Of a stretch of 64,000 nucleotides of DNA, positions 1 to 11,174 are shown in pieces (positions within the stretch are counted from its first letter, which is position 1; the number at the start of each line of letters is the position of its first letter). This DNA comes from Patescibacteria group bacterium (GTDB taxonomy: Bacteria > Patescibacteriota > Patescibacteriia > Magasanikbacterales > GWA2-37-8). The notes under the pieces are model-generated. The model saw nothing but the letters and a program-made list of their open reading frames with translations, was not told the DNA's origin and made no database searches. Position numbers and translations under genes: made by a program. The stretch is from contig JBAZUP010000001.1 in the NCBI GenBank assembly GCA_041661385.1, positions 354,560 through 418,559 of the forward strand, written 5' to 3'.

Positions 1-1722
1 GCGGCCGCGTAATTGATTATCAATACGCCTGGATTCATGACGCTCCGTACCAAGCACAAAAAGTCCACCGGCCGCGCGCGCCTTTTCTGCCGATTCTTTA
101 TCTGGCGGGTTGCCACCCATAATAATATCGACACCGCGGCCCGCCATATTGGTAGCAAGTGTTACCGCTCCCGGCCGGCCGGCCTGCGCGATAATTTCAC
201 CTTCTCGTTCGTGGTTTTTAGCATTTAAAATTTCATGTTTAATTCCTTCACGCTCCAAATACAAACTTAACTCCTCATTTTTAACAACCGAAACCGTACC
301 AATCAAAACTGGCTGTCCTTTTTGCTGCAGCTCGCGCACTTCTTTAACAATCGCGTTATATTTTGCTTCTTCGGTTTTATAGATCCGATCAGGCCGATCA
401 AAGCGCTTATTATCGCGATTGGTCGGAACAACCACAACTTCTAATTTATATATCTTTCCAAATTCCTCTGCTTCGGTAACAGCGGTACCGGTCATACCGG
501 ACATTTTTTTATACATGCGGAAATAGTTTTGGAAAGTAACCGTCGCCATGGTCTGGCTTTCGCGTTGAATTTCTACTTTTTCTTTGGCTTCAATCGCCTG
601 GTGAAGACCTTCGCTATAGCGGCGGCCAATCATCTTGCGACCGGTAAATTCATCAACGATTATTACCTCGCCATTATCAACAACATAATCTCGATCTCTT
701 TTAAAAAGCGCTTTGGCGCGCAAAGCCTGCTCCATGTGGTGCGCCATTGCCATTCCGCCTTCAGCATAAATATTATCAATGCCAAGCAATTTTTCCATTT
801 TTTTAATTCCCCCTTCAGTAAGAGTAGAGGCGCGCATTTTTTCATCCACAATAAAATCATCTTTTTCAATAAGCTGTTCCACCAGCTCGGCAAATTTATA
901 ATAAGTATCATTTGCCTGTTCAGCCGGAGCCGAAATAATAAGCGGGGTGCGCGCTTCATCAATCAAAATTGAATCGACTTCATCGATTACCGCATAGTTA
1001 AGGCCGCGCTGGGACATCTGATCAAGACTTTGAACCATGTTGTCGCGCAAATAATCAAAACCATATTCGTTGTTGGTGCCGTAAACAATATCGCACTCAT
1101 AAGCTTCACCGCGACTGCATTCCTCTAGGTGCTCATATTCAACTAAATATTTCAATCTAGCTTCTTCTGCCTCATCAATTTCTTTAGTTTCTTCGGTCTT
1201 TTGTTCCGGCGCGAGCCCCTTATCTTTAACATAACGATAAGAAACGAGCATGTTTTGAATAATACCGACACTTAAACCAAGATAATTATAAATTTGTCCC
1301 ATCCAAACCGCGTCACGTTTTGCTAGGTAATCATTTACCGTAACCACATGCACGCCTTTTCCAGTAATCGCATTCAAATAAACCGGCAGCGTTGCGACCA
1401 AGGTTTTACCTTCACCCGTTCGCATTTCAGCAATTTTTCCGCGATGCAAAACGACCCCACCAATAAGTTGGACATCAAAATGACGCATGCCGGTAAGACG
1501 GCGTGACGCTTCCCTAACTACAGCAAAAGCTTCCGGCAAGATATCTTCCAGAGTTTCACCCGCTTTGAACCGATCTTTAAAAGCCTGGGTTTTGGCTTTG
1601 AGCTGTTCCTCTGTTAAGGAAAGTAATTTTGGTTCAAAAGAATTTATTTGTTCAACAATCGGCCCAATTTCCGCAACTGCCTTAGCATTCGGATCACCGA
1701 AAATTTTCGTTATAAGACTCAT
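1..1722 (-). CDS. secA: Preprotein translocase SecA, N-terminal ~574 codons; 3' end continues beyond the window start
   Basis: Minus-strand translation from the ATG at 1722 gives [137 protein letters not shown]... and reaches position 1 without a stop (…[20 protein letters not shown]…). Not in the ORF track because it is open-ended. The track ORFs 529..972 and 663..962 lie inside it in other frames. Confidence 0.9.
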   Translation of the reverse strand, partial: MSLITKIFGDPNAKAVAEIGPIVEQINSFEPKLLSLTEEQLKAKTQAFKDRFKAGETLEDILPEAFAVVREASRRLTGMRHFDVQLIGGVVLHRGKIAEMRTGEGKTLVATLPVYLNAITGKGVHVVTVNDYLAKRDAVWMGQIYNYLGLSVGIIQNMLVSYRYVKDKGLAPEQKTEETKEIDEAEEARLKYLVEYEHLEECSRGEAYECDIVYGTNNEYGFDYLRDNMVQSLDQMSQRGLNYAVIDEVDSILIDEARTPLIISAPAEQANDTYYKFAELVEQLIEKDDFIVDEKMRASTLTEGGIKKMEKLLGIDNIYAEGGMAMAHHMEQALRAKALFKRDRDYVVDNGEVIIVDEFTGRKMIGRRYSEGLHQAIEAKEKVEIQRESQTMATVTFQNYFRMYKKMSGMTGTAVTEAEEFGKIYKLEVVVVPTNRDNKRFDRPDRIYKTEEAKYNAIVKEVRELQQKGQPVLIGTVSVVKNEELSLYLEREGIKHEILNAKNHEREGEIIAQAGRPGAVTLATNMAGRGVDIIMGGNPPDKESAEKARAAGGLFVLGTERHESRRIDNQLRGR

Positions 1723-1857
1723 AAAAAAAGAAAAACAAAGCTTTTTTAGCTTCGCTATCATAGCACTATTTGTTGTTAATTACAAGGGATTGTGTTGTGA
1801 GACCGGCCGTGTTCTGGCCGGTCCCGAGACCCCTAGAAAAACTGAACTATCTTCAAG

Positions 1858-2265
1858 TCAACAATGTTGTGCGTTTCGGTAAGTTTCAATTAGCTTCAGA
1901 AAATCTAGCGGCCAAAGAGGTTTTAGGATTGCAAGATTGCAACCGGCTTTCCTCAGCTTTTCAATGGAAGTTTCGCTTCCAGAAAAAGCCACTAGGGCAC
2001 CTTTATAATTTGCTTCCCCCCTTAACCAAAGAACAAATTCAACGCCTTCCGCTTTATCAGTTTCGAGGCGCTGATCTGCCATGACGACTTGAATAAAAGC
2101 TTGATACTTATTAAAAAGCTTTTTCGCTTCTTCAACAGTCACGGCCACAAGACCGATCACACTTTCACCAAACTCCATTAGTATAAAATCACGCAAAGCT
2201 TCAGCGGTAGGAACATCATCTTCGAGAAATAGAACGACGGTGGTGTGCCTAGCTGAGCTGGTCAT
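1858..2265 (-). CDS. Stand-alone response-regulator receiver (CheY-like) domain protein
   Basis: 135 aa. Acidic pocket LFLEDD, candidate phospho-acceptor Asp in VVMADQ, conserved Lys in AILKP. No output domain. Confidence 0.55.
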   Translation of the reverse strand: MTSSARHTTVVLFLEDDVPTAEALRDFILMEFGESVIGLVAVTVEEAKKLFNKYQAFIQVVMADQRLETDKAEGVEFVLWLRGEANYKGALVAFSGSETSIEKLRKAGCNLAILKPLWPLDFLKLIETYRNAQHC

Positions 2266-2362
2266 GGTTTATCTCCTGGGTTTAGTAGAAAGAGTGGATT
2301 AATCCATTTATCTAAGGTAACACCCTATTTTAGTTGTGGCAAGGACGGTTTTAGACAAATAA

Positions 2363-2395
2363 AAAAACCCAATCATTTTAGCCGATTGGGTTTTT
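2363..2395 (-). terminator. Rho-independent terminator hairpin (aaaaacccaatc...gattgggttttt)
   Basis: Perfect 9-bp stem flanked by A/T runs, immediately after the stop of the minus-strand gene 2408..2896. Confidence 0.5.
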
Positions 2396-2407
2396 AGTTT
2401 AATTTTT

Positions 2408-2896
2408 TTATAATTTTATCATTCTCACTTCTAATTGATTGTCTTTGTTATAGAATCCGGTAAAAGTACCCTCCTGTTTAGCTTTCAAAGCTGAGATCCC
2501 AACTTCATTTTCGCCAAGCGTAATCTTGGTTTCTGGCAGAGAAAGAACAACTTGTTCAGTTGCACCATTATTCAAAATGGTTATTTTATTGCTTTCAACA
2601 GATAAAATTTCTCCATAAACCGAGACTGGCCTTTGCTCTGCTTTAGATTTATATATTAAACGTGGCAAGATTCTGTATCCTCCGACGGCTTTTTCTACAT
2701 AGTAACCGGCTTTAGCAAAACGGATTGCATCTTTTCGTTCTCGCAATGCTCTCGCGGTTTCAATTCCGACGCTAAATGTAAATACGAAACCAAGCACTAC
2801 CAGGACCCCAAAAAAGGTCCGTAAAGTTTGATGGCGATATTTACTAAACCACCCACAACATTTGTGGCCCCCCACGTGATTATTTTTATTTCGCAT
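2408..2896 (-). CDS. Hypothetical membrane-anchored protein
   Basis: 162 aa with an N-terminal hydrophobic helix (FFGVLVVLGFVFTFSV). No recognisable catalytic motif. Confidence 0.4.
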   Translation of the reverse strand: MRNKNNHVGGHKCCGWFSKYRHQTLRTFFGVLVVLGFVFTFSVGIETARALRERKDAIRFAKAGYYVEKAVGGYRILPRLIYKSKAEQRPVSVYGEILSVESNKITILNNGATEQVVLSLPETKITLGENEVGISALKAKQEGTFTGFYNKDNQLEVRMIKL

Positions 2897-3025
2897 ATTT
2901 AATTAAACTTAATAAACCTGGAGATATTATACACGAAAAAGACCCCAGTCGCAATTTTATCCACAAATTCAAAAAACCTAAAAAAGACCCTTGCGCCCCT
3001 CATAAAGATACATTACAATAAACCT

Positions 3026-3310
3026 ATGACTATACATGGAAAAATTAAAATTGCCGCAATCATCACAGCCATTCTTGCTATTTTTGGCGCGGTAGTTATT
3101 CTCAGTGGATTAAAATACATCCAAAGTCCTTTTTTTGAATCAATTTATATTTACTGTAAATTTATTTTTTTTATAATTTACGATTTCGCTTATTATATAT
3201 TGCAAAAAATCTGGAAACTTTTCTTTACCAGTTGGGTCACAGTTTGGGCCTTACTCGGAGTTTTTCTTATCATTATCTTGCGCTGGCTTTTCAACTATCA
3301 CTCCGAATAA
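3026..3310 (+). CDS. Small hypothetical membrane protein (3 predicted TM helices)
   Basis: 94 aa, very hydrophobic. The only + strand gene in this neighbourhood. Confidence 0.35.
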   Translation: MTIHGKIKIAAIITAILAIFGAVVILSGLKYIQSPFFESIYIYCKFIFFIIYDFAYYILQKIWKLFFTSWVTVWALLGVFLIIILRWLFNYHSE

Positions 3311-3323
3311 AAAAATTAAATTA

Positions 3324-3353
3324 AAAAACCCTCCATTTCATCGGAGGGTTTTT
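3324..3353. terminator. Bidirectional intrinsic terminator (aaaaaccctccatttcatcggagggttttt)
   Basis: Stem ccctcc/ggaggg with A/T runs on both sides, between convergent genes 3026..3310(+) and 3365..4966(-). Confidence 0.5.
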
Positions 3354-3364
3354 ATTTTGGAAAT

Positions 3365-4966
3365 TTAAGGGCTAACTCTAACCTTAACATTCGCGCAAGT
3401 GCCGTTGCCGGCGCAAACCGCTACCACTGCGTCACCTACATACTGTCCGTACAAAGTAACTTTATTATCAGCAGTTCCTACTTGAACCACATCAGAGTCG
3501 CTAAAGGCGGCAAGCCCTTTCGCGATTGAAGAAGTTAAGATGGTGGTCTGGTGTAAACCTAGGGCAATATTTGTTTCGCTAACCTGAATTGGTACTTTAT
3601 TAATTTCCGGGTTTTCATTTACAGTTACTGCCACGGTTCCGCATTTTAAAGTCGGTGTCGTCGGACAAACAGAAATCGTTGCCGTACCAACCGCAATACC
3701 CTGCAAACTTAAGCCGGTATCAATAATTTGTGCCGAAACAACATTCGCATCAGAATTATTAATTAAATAATACGCAGTCTGGTTGAGGTAAGGCAAAGTA
3801 ACTTTCAAGGTCTTGCTAGTATAAATAGTATACGATCCAAAAGTGCCGGGACTGAGTTTCTTTTTTGGCGGGTTTTCGACATTCACGCGAATTGGTACGC
3901 AGCCATTATTTTTACTGCATACATAAATTATAGCTGTACCCGGATAAGTCGAAGCAGTAATTAATACCAAATTTCCTTTTACTTTGGCGCTCGCTGACCA
4001 AGAATTTCCAGAAGCAGTTATATTTAAACCGTATTTAGTGCCAATCCAAATACTTTCACCGGTTTTCAAATCAACTTTACTTTGTGAAACTTGAAAATTT
4101 CCGGTTTTAGGATCAAGCACTCTTACATAAACAGAACCGCAAGAACCGCCCTCGTCGCAAATACCAACTGTCGCTTCACCGATATATGAAGCATACAAAG
4201 TAATTCGATTGCCGTTTACCGCCGTGCGCACTGCATCAGTATTGCTTATCGCCGTTAACGGCCTAGATGATTCTGCAGTTATATCAATGGTTTCTTTATT
4301 TAACAAAGTAGCGCTCACCTGGCTAAGCTTTAATATTTTTGATTCAACGATATTATCAGAACCGTTAACCGGAACAGTTTTTGCAATCGGTGATTCTAAA
4401 ACTTTTACAAATATCGGCAAACAGCCGCGGTTCGTACTACAAACCGTAACTGTCGCACTCCCGGCATACTCTCCGGTAATATAAACTCGCGCCCCATCAA
4501 CATAAACATTCACTGCGCCGGAATTTGTAAGCGCGGTAACATTTTTTCCATTATAAGTAGTAACGTAATAAGTCTGTTCAGTTTTAATGGTGATTTTAGA
4601 TTTGCTTAATTTAAAACTAAGATCTTTATTTTTTTGAACTTTAACATTTATTGATTGGCAGCCCAAATCATCATTACACACCCTAACCACCGCATTACCA
4701 ATTCTATTTCCATATAGCGTTACTTGGTTGCCGCCATACACTGAGGCGCGCACTGCTTTTGAGTTACTGGTAACTTTAAGGCTTCCCGCACTAAAAGAAA
4801 CCACCGTAATGCTTTGCTTTAAACCAAGCACTGCGCTAGTTTGAGTAATGCCGAGGGCGCTTTCTTCGGCCGAGGCAAAACTAGACGATATCAACATTAA
4901 AGCCAAAGCGGCGATAAAAACGCTTATTTTGGTCAAAATATGTCGATTTTTAGTGGCTTTTTCCAT
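3365..4966 (-). CDS. Secreted protein with six tandem ~85-aa beta-rich repeats, each ending in a two-Cys motif (V.VC....GC....V.V)
   Basis: Signal peptide (MEKATKNRHILTKISVFIAALALMLISSSFASA). Repeated C-terminal motifs VRVCNDDLGCQSINVKV, TVTVCSTNRGCLPIFVKV, TVGICDEGGSCGSVYVRV, IIYVCSKNNGCVPIRVNV, ISVCPTTPTLKCGTVAVTV, VVAVCAGNGTCANVKVRV. Confidence 0.55.
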   Translation of the reverse strand: MEKATKNRHILTKISVFIAALALMLISSSFASAEESALGITQTSAVLGLKQSITVVSFSAGSLKVTSNSKAVRASVYGGNQVTLYGNRIGNAVVRVCNDDLGCQSINVKVQKNKDLSFKLSKSKITIKTEQTYYVTTYNGKNVTALTNSGAVNVYVDGARVYITGEYAGSATVTVCSTNRGCLPIFVKVLESPIAKTVPVNGSDNIVESKILKLSQVSATLLNKETIDITAESSRPLTAISNTDAVRTAVNGNRITLYASYIGEATVGICDEGGSCGSVYVRVLDPKTGNFQVSQSKVDLKTGESIWIGTKYGLNITASGNSWSASAKVKGNLVLITASTYPGTAIIYVCSKNNGCVPIRVNVENPPKKKLSPGTFGSYTIYTSKTLKVTLPYLNQTAYYLINNSDANVVSAQIIDTGLSLQGIAVGTATISVCPTTPTLKCGTVAVTVNENPEINKVPIQVSETNIALGLHQTTILTSSIAKGLAAFSDSDVVQVGTADNKVTLYGQYVGDAVVAVCAGNGTCANVKVRVSP

Positions 4967-5047
4967 ATAGTTATTATACTAAAACTTCACATTCAAAACA
5001 GTACATTGTAGCATAAAAATCGTGTTTTGTCAAGATAGCTTTGGAAT

Positions 5048-5078
5048 TAAAAAACGGCCTTTAATGACCGTTTTTTAG
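5048..5078 (-). terminator. Intrinsic terminator downstream of copA (minus orientation aaaacggtcattaaaggccgtttt + T-run)
   Basis: Hairpin acgg-cc..loop..-ccgt followed by T-run in minus orientation, just past the copA stop at 5103. Confidence 0.4.
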
Positions 5079-5102
5079 TTTATATTAATTGTAATTGAAC
5101 TC

Positions 5103-8024
5103 TTAATTCATTTGACTTAAACGTGCAAACAAAAAGAAAGTAAAAGTGAATAAAATAACCATCACGATTGGAGCTGCTGTCGACAACCAATTACGCTTCC
5201 CAGGTTTAAAACCTTTGAGAAATAACGAATTGGTAACAACAGAGATAGAGCTGAGCGCCATTGCAAGACCGGCAAGTTCCGGTTTCAACACAATTCCGAG
5301 TGACATAAATACCCGTGCGGCAATCGGAATACCAATGACATTATAAAACAAAGCAAAGAACATATTCTGTTTTATTTTGCTCATGGTTTCCCGGCTGAGA
5401 TTTATCGCCGTAAGAACATCGCGCAAATCATTTTTGATTATCACAATTCCACCGGTTTCCATTGCTACATCTGTGCCCGAACCCATCGCAATACCAAGGT
5501 CAGCCTGCGCGAGAGCAGGGGCATCATTAATACCATCCCCCACCATCGCCACTTTTATACCGGTACTTTGCAGCTTTTTTACTTCATTCGCTTTGTCTTC
5601 TGGCAATACTTCGGCAAGGACATTTTTTATTCCGGCAAGTTTAGCGATTGCTTCAGCAGTTCGACGATTATCACCCGTAATCATATACACCTCAATACCG
5701 CGCTTCTGCAACGCTTGCACCGCCTCAAGGGTTGTTTCTTTGATTGTATCAGCGACAGCCACTAGACCAAGCACTTCCTGTTCTGAAGCGAGAATCATCA
5801 CAGTTTTTCCACCCTCTTCAAGTTTTCTGATCTTCTTTTCAACTTTTTCTACCAACGAAACACTAAGCCCGACAATATCGGTGATAAGTTTGCGGTTTCC
5901 CATGAAGTATTTCTTATTTTCAATCAAACCTTCTACACCATGTCCCGGAATTGCTTTGAAATTTATCACTTCAAATATATCAACTGATTCCTCCTCGGCA
6001 TGTTTGACAATCGCCTCGGCAAGCGGGTGTTCGGAAAGTTTTTCAAGACTAGCAGAAATTTTAATTATTTCGGCTTCATCAGCTAACCCCAGACTTATTA
6101 CATCCGTGACTTCAGGTTTTCCCTTGGTAAGTGTGCCGGTTTTATCAAAGACAATCGCTTTGATTTTACAGGCGGCTTCGAGAGGTTCCCCACCTTTAAT
6201 AAGCACACCATGTTCCGCACCTTTTCCGGTACCAACCATAATAGCGGTCGGTGTGGCGAGTCCAAGCGCACACGGACAGGCAATGACAATGACCGAAGTA
6301 AATGCCATGAGAGCAAATGTTAAGGTTGCGCCAAGTGCAAAGTACCAAACCAAAAACGTAACTAAAGCGAGCCCGATAACAATTGGTACGAAATATGCAG
6401 AAATTTTATCGGCAACCGCCTGAATGGGAGCTTTTGATCCTTGCGCCTCTTCTACCACGCGGATAATTTGCGCGAGCGTTGTTTCACTCCCCACTCTCGT
6501 CGCTGTGAACTCAAAACTACCGTGTTTATTTATTGTTGCACCGATTACTTTGGCGCCAACATTTTTTTCTACTGGAATACTTTCGCCGGTAATCATCGAT
6601 TCATCAACTGCCGATTGGCCTTTGGTTACCGTGCCATCAACGGGAATTTTTTCTCCCGGCCGTACAACCACCGTGTCACCGCTAACCACCTCTCCAATGG
6701 CAATATCAATGGTTGAACCGTTACGCACAACGCGCGCAGTTTTCGGCTGAAGTCCGACCAATTTTTTAATTGCTTCCGAAGTTTGTCCTTTTGTTTTCGC
6801 TTCTAACCACTTTCCCATGATAACAAAAGTAATCAGAAAAGCCGCTGTCTCAAAATACAGCTCTGGAACTTTTGCTCCATTTATACCGATAACTGTACCG
6901 GTCTTTAAAATATAAATTGCGAACTGCCACAAACTATACAAGAATGCCGTACTAGTACCGATTGCAATTAGGCTGTCCATGTTAAATGTTTTCATCCGCA
7001 AACTACTCCACATTCCCTTATAAAATCCGGCTCCGATTATAAACTGAACCGGTATTGTTAATACAAGAGAAATTATTCCGATATACGGCAAGAGAATGGC
7101 GCGGCCCGGTAAAAAGGAAAAGAAGTCGAGAAACATGAAATACATCATCGGCACACTTAGGGCAAAACTCCACCAGAATCTATTTGCATAACCCTTCATT
7201 TCCGCGAGTCGCTCTTTTCGTTCCGCTTCTGGATTTGCTGAGTCAGCAACTCGTGCTTTGTAGCCAGTTTTTTTTACGACTTCTATTAACTGCTCAACCG
7301 TAGCCAGGGCTGGATCATAAATTATCCGACCTTTTTCCGCCGAATAATTTACATTAGCGGTTTTTACCCCGTTAACTTTTTTTAGCCCACGCTCAATAAG
7401 TAACGCGCAAGAGGCGCAGTGCATGCCGGAAAGCGCAAGTTGCACAGATTTATCTCCACCGACATCATTTTTTTGTACTGTCCCAGTTGTAGCGACAGCC
7501 AATTTTTCGGCCGGCGCGACTGTCTGATCTACTGAAGCACCAGAAAAAATACTAAACAGCTGGCTAATTTTACTTGAATTAATTAGTTCATCAACAGCGG
7601 TGTTCAGATCTTTTCTGTTTTTCGGAATTTCAAACTCACCGTGCCGCAAGTGGTTAATCTTTCCCTTAAACGACGGTTTGCCGTCGACAGTAGAAAAATC
7701 ACCATCCGCAGTTACCGATGATTGAAGTTTGATTTTTAACGAGTCGGAATTTTCCACAATTTTCTTTTCGAACTGATCATAAACCACCGGCATATCATGA
7801 TCCATTTTTCTCGAAGTAATCTGTCCGCTATAGCCGGCGTTTTTTATCGCCGTTAAAATTGATTCATCACTTACCCCCGAATCAACTTCAAATTCGCCAA
7901 CACCGGTATCGGCAACAATTTTAATATTGCCAGCGCCAGGAAGATCGGCTAACTCTGATCCGATTATTTTTTCGCAAGATTCACAATGCATTCCTTCAAT
8001 TTTTAGTAATACTTTTTCATTCAT
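5103..8024 (-). CDS. copA: Copper-translocating P1B-type ATPase with two N-terminal HMA domains
   Basis: 973 aa. HMA motifs [10 protein letters not shown] and [12 protein letters not shown]. Membrane CPC motif ([12 protein letters not shown]). Phosphorylation site DKTGTLT. Hinge [10 protein letters not shown]. Confidence 0.9.
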   Translation of the reverse strand: MNEKVLLKIEGMHCESCEKIIGSELADLPGAGNIKIVADTGVGEFEVDSGVSDESILTAIKNAGYSGQITSRKMDHDMPVVYDQFEKKIVENSDSLKIKLQSSVTADGDFSTVDGKPSFKGKINHLRHGEFEIPKNRKDLNTAVDELINSSKISQLFSIFSGASVDQTVAPAEKLAVATTGTVQKNDVGGDKSVQLALSGMHCASCALLIERGLKKVNGVKTANVNYSAEKGRIIYDPALATVEQLIEVVKKTGYKARVADSANPEAERKERLAEMKGYANRFWWSFALSVPMMYFMFLDFFSFLPGRAILLPYIGIISLVLTIPVQFIIGAGFYKGMWSSLRMKTFNMDSLIAIGTSTAFLYSLWQFAIYILKTGTVIGINGAKVPELYFETAAFLITFVIMGKWLEAKTKGQTSEAIKKLVGLQPKTARVVRNGSTIDIAIGEVVSGDTVVVRPGEKIPVDGTVTKGQSAVDESMITGESIPVEKNVGAKVIGATINKHGSFEFTATRVGSETTLAQIIRVVEEAQGSKAPIQAVADKISAYFVPIVIGLALVTFLVWYFALGATLTFALMAFTSVIVIACPCALGLATPTAIMVGTGKGAEHGVLIKGGEPLEAACKIKAIVFDKTGTLTKGKPEVTDVISLGLADEAEIIKISASLEKLSEHPLAEAIVKHAEEESVDIFEVINFKAIPGHGVEGLIENKKYFMGNRKLITDIVGLSVSLVEKVEKKIRKLEEGGKTVMILASEQEVLGLVAVADTIKETTLEAVQALQKRGIEVYMITGDNRRTAEAIAKLAGIKNVLAEVLPEDKANEVKKLQSTGIKVAMVGDGINDAPALAQADLGIAMGSGTDVAMETGGIVIIKNDLRDVLTAINLSRETMSKIKQNMFFALFYNVIGIPIAARVFMSLGIVLKPELAGLAMALSSISVVTNSLFLKGFKPGKRNWLSTAAPIVMVILFTFTFFLFARLSQMN

Positions 8025-8025
8025 A

Positions 8026-8256
8026 TTAATTTAATTTAGAGGCTTCCTTTCCAACGGAATGAAGTGCGGAAGATATTTGTTCCCAACTAATTTCCTGATC
8101 CACTTCAAGCTCAGTCAAACCGCTTGCCGGATCGATATTTATTTTCTGAACTCCGTGAATTTTTTGAAGAACTTTAGTGGAAAGCTTAACACAAGCATCA
8201 CAAGTTATATTTGTGATTCTAAAAGTTTGAGTAGTCATATAATTAATCAACGACAT
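8026..8256 (-). CDS. copZ: Heavy-metal-associated (HMA) domain copper chaperone, CopZ-like
   Basis: 76 aa. Metal-binding loop ITCDACVKL (MxCxxC variant). Directly upstream of copA. Confidence 0.65.
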   Translation of the reverse strand: MSLINYMTTQTFRITNITCDACVKLSTKVLQKIHGVQKINIDPASGLTELEVDQEISWEQISSALHSVGKEASKLN

Positions 8257-9997
8257 TAATCACCCCTCGCGGTACGCCCATGGCGCAAGTTATCTCAAAC
8301 TTTCCGGTCCGAGTTGGAGTGAATGCCATTTGAATTGTCCGTCCGGCTTGCAGCCTTACCGCTTGGTCGTACAAACCCGGCACCATTATGGTACTCATGC
8401 AACCCTGCCCGTCTTCTTGAACATCCACCACGAACTTCACCGGTTGATTTACTTTAACCGTGAAATTACTTGGTACGATATCCTTATTAAGAGTATACGA
8501 AGTATTAATAACTTGCTCACCGCCTTGAGTTGCTGTTTCAGCAGTTGGTGCCGCATCAAAATTTTGGGTTTGCGCGCGAGCCCTCATCATTCCACAACCG
8601 CCGCCAAACGACGGTTGCTCTGCTGGTTGTTGATAATTATTACTTGCAACCTGATTTTGACCAGTGTATCCGCTTTCTTCAACAACAATAAATTTCCCGT
8701 TATACATACCCATTGAACAGGAAAATGGAATTTCACCAACTTCGGCAGGAGTAAACCTGATAATATTTTCACCCGAGGACAAAGACTGGTAAATACCAAA
8801 TTTCGGCATTACGATTGTTGACGCGCAAGAAAAAACCGAAGTAGCATTAATTACCCACTTTACCGGTTTTCCTTTTTGAACGGTAAAAACATTTGGAGAA
8901 TATCCCCGTCCACTTTCGGTCATGTTTACAACCTGTTCACCTCCCACTTCGGTCACGGCATTATTTACATTCTTCGAACTTGTTCCGAACAATCGCATAC
9001 CATTCGCAATATTTGTCCAGCCGAGAAGAATTACTGCAAGACCAGCTGTGATATAAGCGAGCTTGGCTTTTTTACCTTTGAATATGGATGTAAGACCGCC
9101 AATACCAAGCAGCCCAGGCGCGGTACCAATTGCGAAAAGGCCCATTATCATCATTCCTTTCGAAAAACTGCCGCTACTAACCGCATAAAGCTGCATCGCC
9201 TGAGTAAAACCACATGGCACAAAGAAAGTTAACGCTCCAGCGACCATTGCTCCCTTATGACTATACTCTTTTACATTCGAACTAATACCGAAGAATTTGG
9301 CAACCGATGTCGGCAAAGTAATATTTTTATCTCGAAGAATCGGAAATATTTCTATTAACTTTAATCCAAAGAACAACATGACCGCGCCAATAACAACCGT
9401 CATGAAACCAAGAAAGTTTGACGAGGGTCGCACCGCTGATCCAATCATTCCAATAAGGCCGCCGAGGAGCGCATAACCGCCAATACGGCCAAGATTGAAA
9501 AATAAATGCGGACGGAATTTTTCATACGCGGTTGATTCTGGATGAAGTTCCGCGTGGCGCGCCGAAAGACTAAGTATTAAACCGCCAACTAGCGCCATGC
9601 AGGTTGATACTCCAGCGACCAGCCCTACAAGTAATGCAACCGCAATTCCACCGCTCGCCGGATCAGCAATATTTAAACTTGTTAAATTAAACCACTTCGC
9701 AAGCAAATAGATTACGAACAAAACCAGAGCGGCTTTAATCAGATTCTTATAATCAGCCGGATTGCTCGAAATCATTTTTGCCGGTCCGTTTATGCCAATT
9801 TTATATCCGGCATCGCCAACGGCTTTTTCCAGCAGTTCTTTCTTGGGCTCTGTTCCTTCAAAAGTAATTTTTGCTTCGCCGGTTTTGTGACTAATATCCA
9901 CTTTTTTAACTCCAGCAATTTTTTTCAGTTCATCTCCTATTAATATTTCACAGGATGCGCAGTGCATTCCTTGAATTGGTATTTTTATATTTGACAT
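8243..9997 (-). CDS. HMA domain fused to a DsbD_2/TauE-like polytopic membrane domain and two C-terminal cupredoxin-like domains
   Basis: 584 aa. N-terminal GMHCASCEILIGDEL HMA domain. Multi-pass membrane core with conserved Cys (VSTCMALVGG, FFVPCGFTQAM). Two C-terminal beta-rich repeats with Cys/Met clusters (FSCSMGMYNGKF; GQGCMSTIMVPG...ITCAMGVPRG). Confidence 0.55.
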   Translation of the reverse strand: MSNIKIPIQGMHCASCEILIGDELKKIAGVKKVDISHKTGEAKITFEGTEPKKELLEKAVGDAGYKIGINGPAKMISSNPADYKNLIKAALVLFVIYLLAKWFNLTSLNIADPASGGIAVALLVGLVAGVSTCMALVGGLILSLSARHAELHPESTAYEKFRPHLFFNLGRIGGYALLGGLIGMIGSAVRPSSNFLGFMTVVIGAVMLFFGLKLIEIFPILRDKNITLPTSVAKFFGISSNVKEYSHKGAMVAGALTFFVPCGFTQAMQLYAVSSGSFSKGMMIMGLFAIGTAPGLLGIGGLTSIFKGKKAKLAYITAGLAVILLGWTNIANGMRLFGTSSKNVNNAVTEVGGEQVVNMTESGRGYSPNVFTVQKGKPVKWVINATSVFSCASTIVMPKFGIYQSLSSGENIIRFTPAEVGEIPFSCSMGMYNGKFIVVEESGYTGQNQVASNNYQQPAEQPSFGGGCGMMRARAQTQNFDAAPTAETATQGGEQVINTSYTLNKDIVPSNFTVKVNQPVKFVVDVQEDGQGCMSTIMVPGLYDQAVRLQAGRTIQMAFTPTRTGKFEITCAMGVPRGVINVVD

Positions 9998-10056
9998 ATT
10001 TATATTAAATAAAAAAACTTAATCCTAAATTCCCATTAAAAAAATGGAAACTAAAA

Positions 10057-10485
10057 TTAAGCGTTTGATACCGGGCGACTTACAGTCGTAAGCCAGAAGA
10101 AAGTTGTTTTTAAAAATTTTATTCGTATCTCATTTAAATATACCGAATATAAGTATCGCCAGCGAACTTTTATTTTTAAAGCTGAAAATATTTCTTTAAC
10201 TAATCTGGATTGAACAACGAAAGCGAGAACAAACGCCAAAACTATTAAAGAAAATAAAGATTCCGGCATTGAAACAAGAAAGCTGCCCAAGAAACCAAGC
10301 TTGCCGCTCATACAATCACCCATTTGATTTTGACTCGTTACTGACAAAGACTGTTCATGAGAACAACCTGCCGAACCAGCCTCGGCCATTTTGGGCATAC
10401 TCATTGGGCAAATTAAGCCCAAAAACATGACCGTGGTCACGGTAAATACGGTAAATATTGAGATTTTTTTCTTAAGGTTGTTCAT
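10057..10485 (-). CDS. Small Met/Cys-rich membrane protein, possibly metal-binding
   Basis: 142 aa. CPMSMPKM...GSAGCSHE...MGDCMSGK motifs between two TM helices. Adjacent to the copper cluster. Confidence 0.35.
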   Translation of the reverse strand: MNNLKKKISIFTVFTVTTVMFLGLICPMSMPKMAEAGSAGCSHEQSLSVTSQNQMGDCMSGKLGFLGSFLVSMPESLFSLIVLAFVLAFVVQSRLVKEIFSALKIKVRWRYLYSVYLNEIRIKFLKTTFFWLTTVSRPVSNA

Positions 10486-10550
10486 GCTTATTATCTTAAC
10501 ACGGGTTTTTTTATTTGACCAGAGCCTAAAAAATTATTTATTTTAAAGCC

Positions 10551-11102
10551 TTAATTTTCTTTTGGACAAAGATCGAGCGCGGCAACCTGTCTTTCTTCGC
10601 ATTTTGCATTCGCGGCCACGCATTTATCAGTCTTACTATAAGACGGACAACCGGAGGAAATGGATTTACAATATGCATTGGCGTTTTTAATCGCTGTAAA
10701 ACAGGCGGCCGAAGGATTGGCAGAACTTACCGAAACCGCGGCCGGAACAACACTCGCCACTGGTTTAACTTCTGGCTCAACCTCTGGTTTAGCTGCGACT
10801 TTGATACTAGGTTTAACAACTGCGACTGTCTTAGTAGTTTTTTTTAAGTACAAACCACTTGACCATTCTTTTATACCAACACGATACCAGCCATTTTTTT
10901 GTTCATATACTTTAACCACTGTTCCGCTTTTCAGTCTTTTAACTGTTGCATAATTTTTACCCGGACCACTGCGAACGATTAAAACATTCGTCGCAACCTG
11001 CGCATTAAAAACTGAACTGGCAGCATATGCATTTAATGAAAACACTGGACTAAAAGCTAATATAACCGCTGAAATTGAAAAAAAGATTTTTTTAATACGC
11101 AT
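10551..11102 (-). CDS. Secreted SH3b-domain protein with Pro/Val-rich linker and Cys-rich C-terminal tail
   Basis: Signal peptide, then a bacterial SH3-like segment (NVLIVRSGPGKNYATVKRLKSGTVVKVYEQKNGWYRV). C-terminal six-Cys tail. Confidence 0.5.
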   Translation of the reverse strand: MRIKKIFFSISAVILAFSPVFSLNAYAASSVFNAQVATNVLIVRSGPGKNYATVKRLKSGTVVKVYEQKNGWYRVGIKEWSSGLYLKKTTKTVAVVKPSIKVAAKPEVEPEVKPVASVVPAAVSVSSANPSAACFTAIKNANAYCKSISSGCPSYSKTDKCVAANAKCEERQVAALDLCPKEN

Positions 11103-11174
11103 AATATTAATTTTATTGTATTTATTTTAGCCTACTAAGCCCCCTTGGTCAAATATCCATGTTTTCCAATGCAT

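Noticed and set aside
529-972. Track ORFs 529..972(+) and 663..962(-)
   Set aside because: Both lie inside the continuous minus-strand secA reading frame (1..1722) in other frames, so they are artefacts.
5377-6423. 348-aa + strand ORF (and 5146..5346, 5568..5765, 6424..6750)
   Set aside because: Antisense to copA. Low-complexity Ser/Ala/Ile-rich translation typical of the reverse frame of a real gene.
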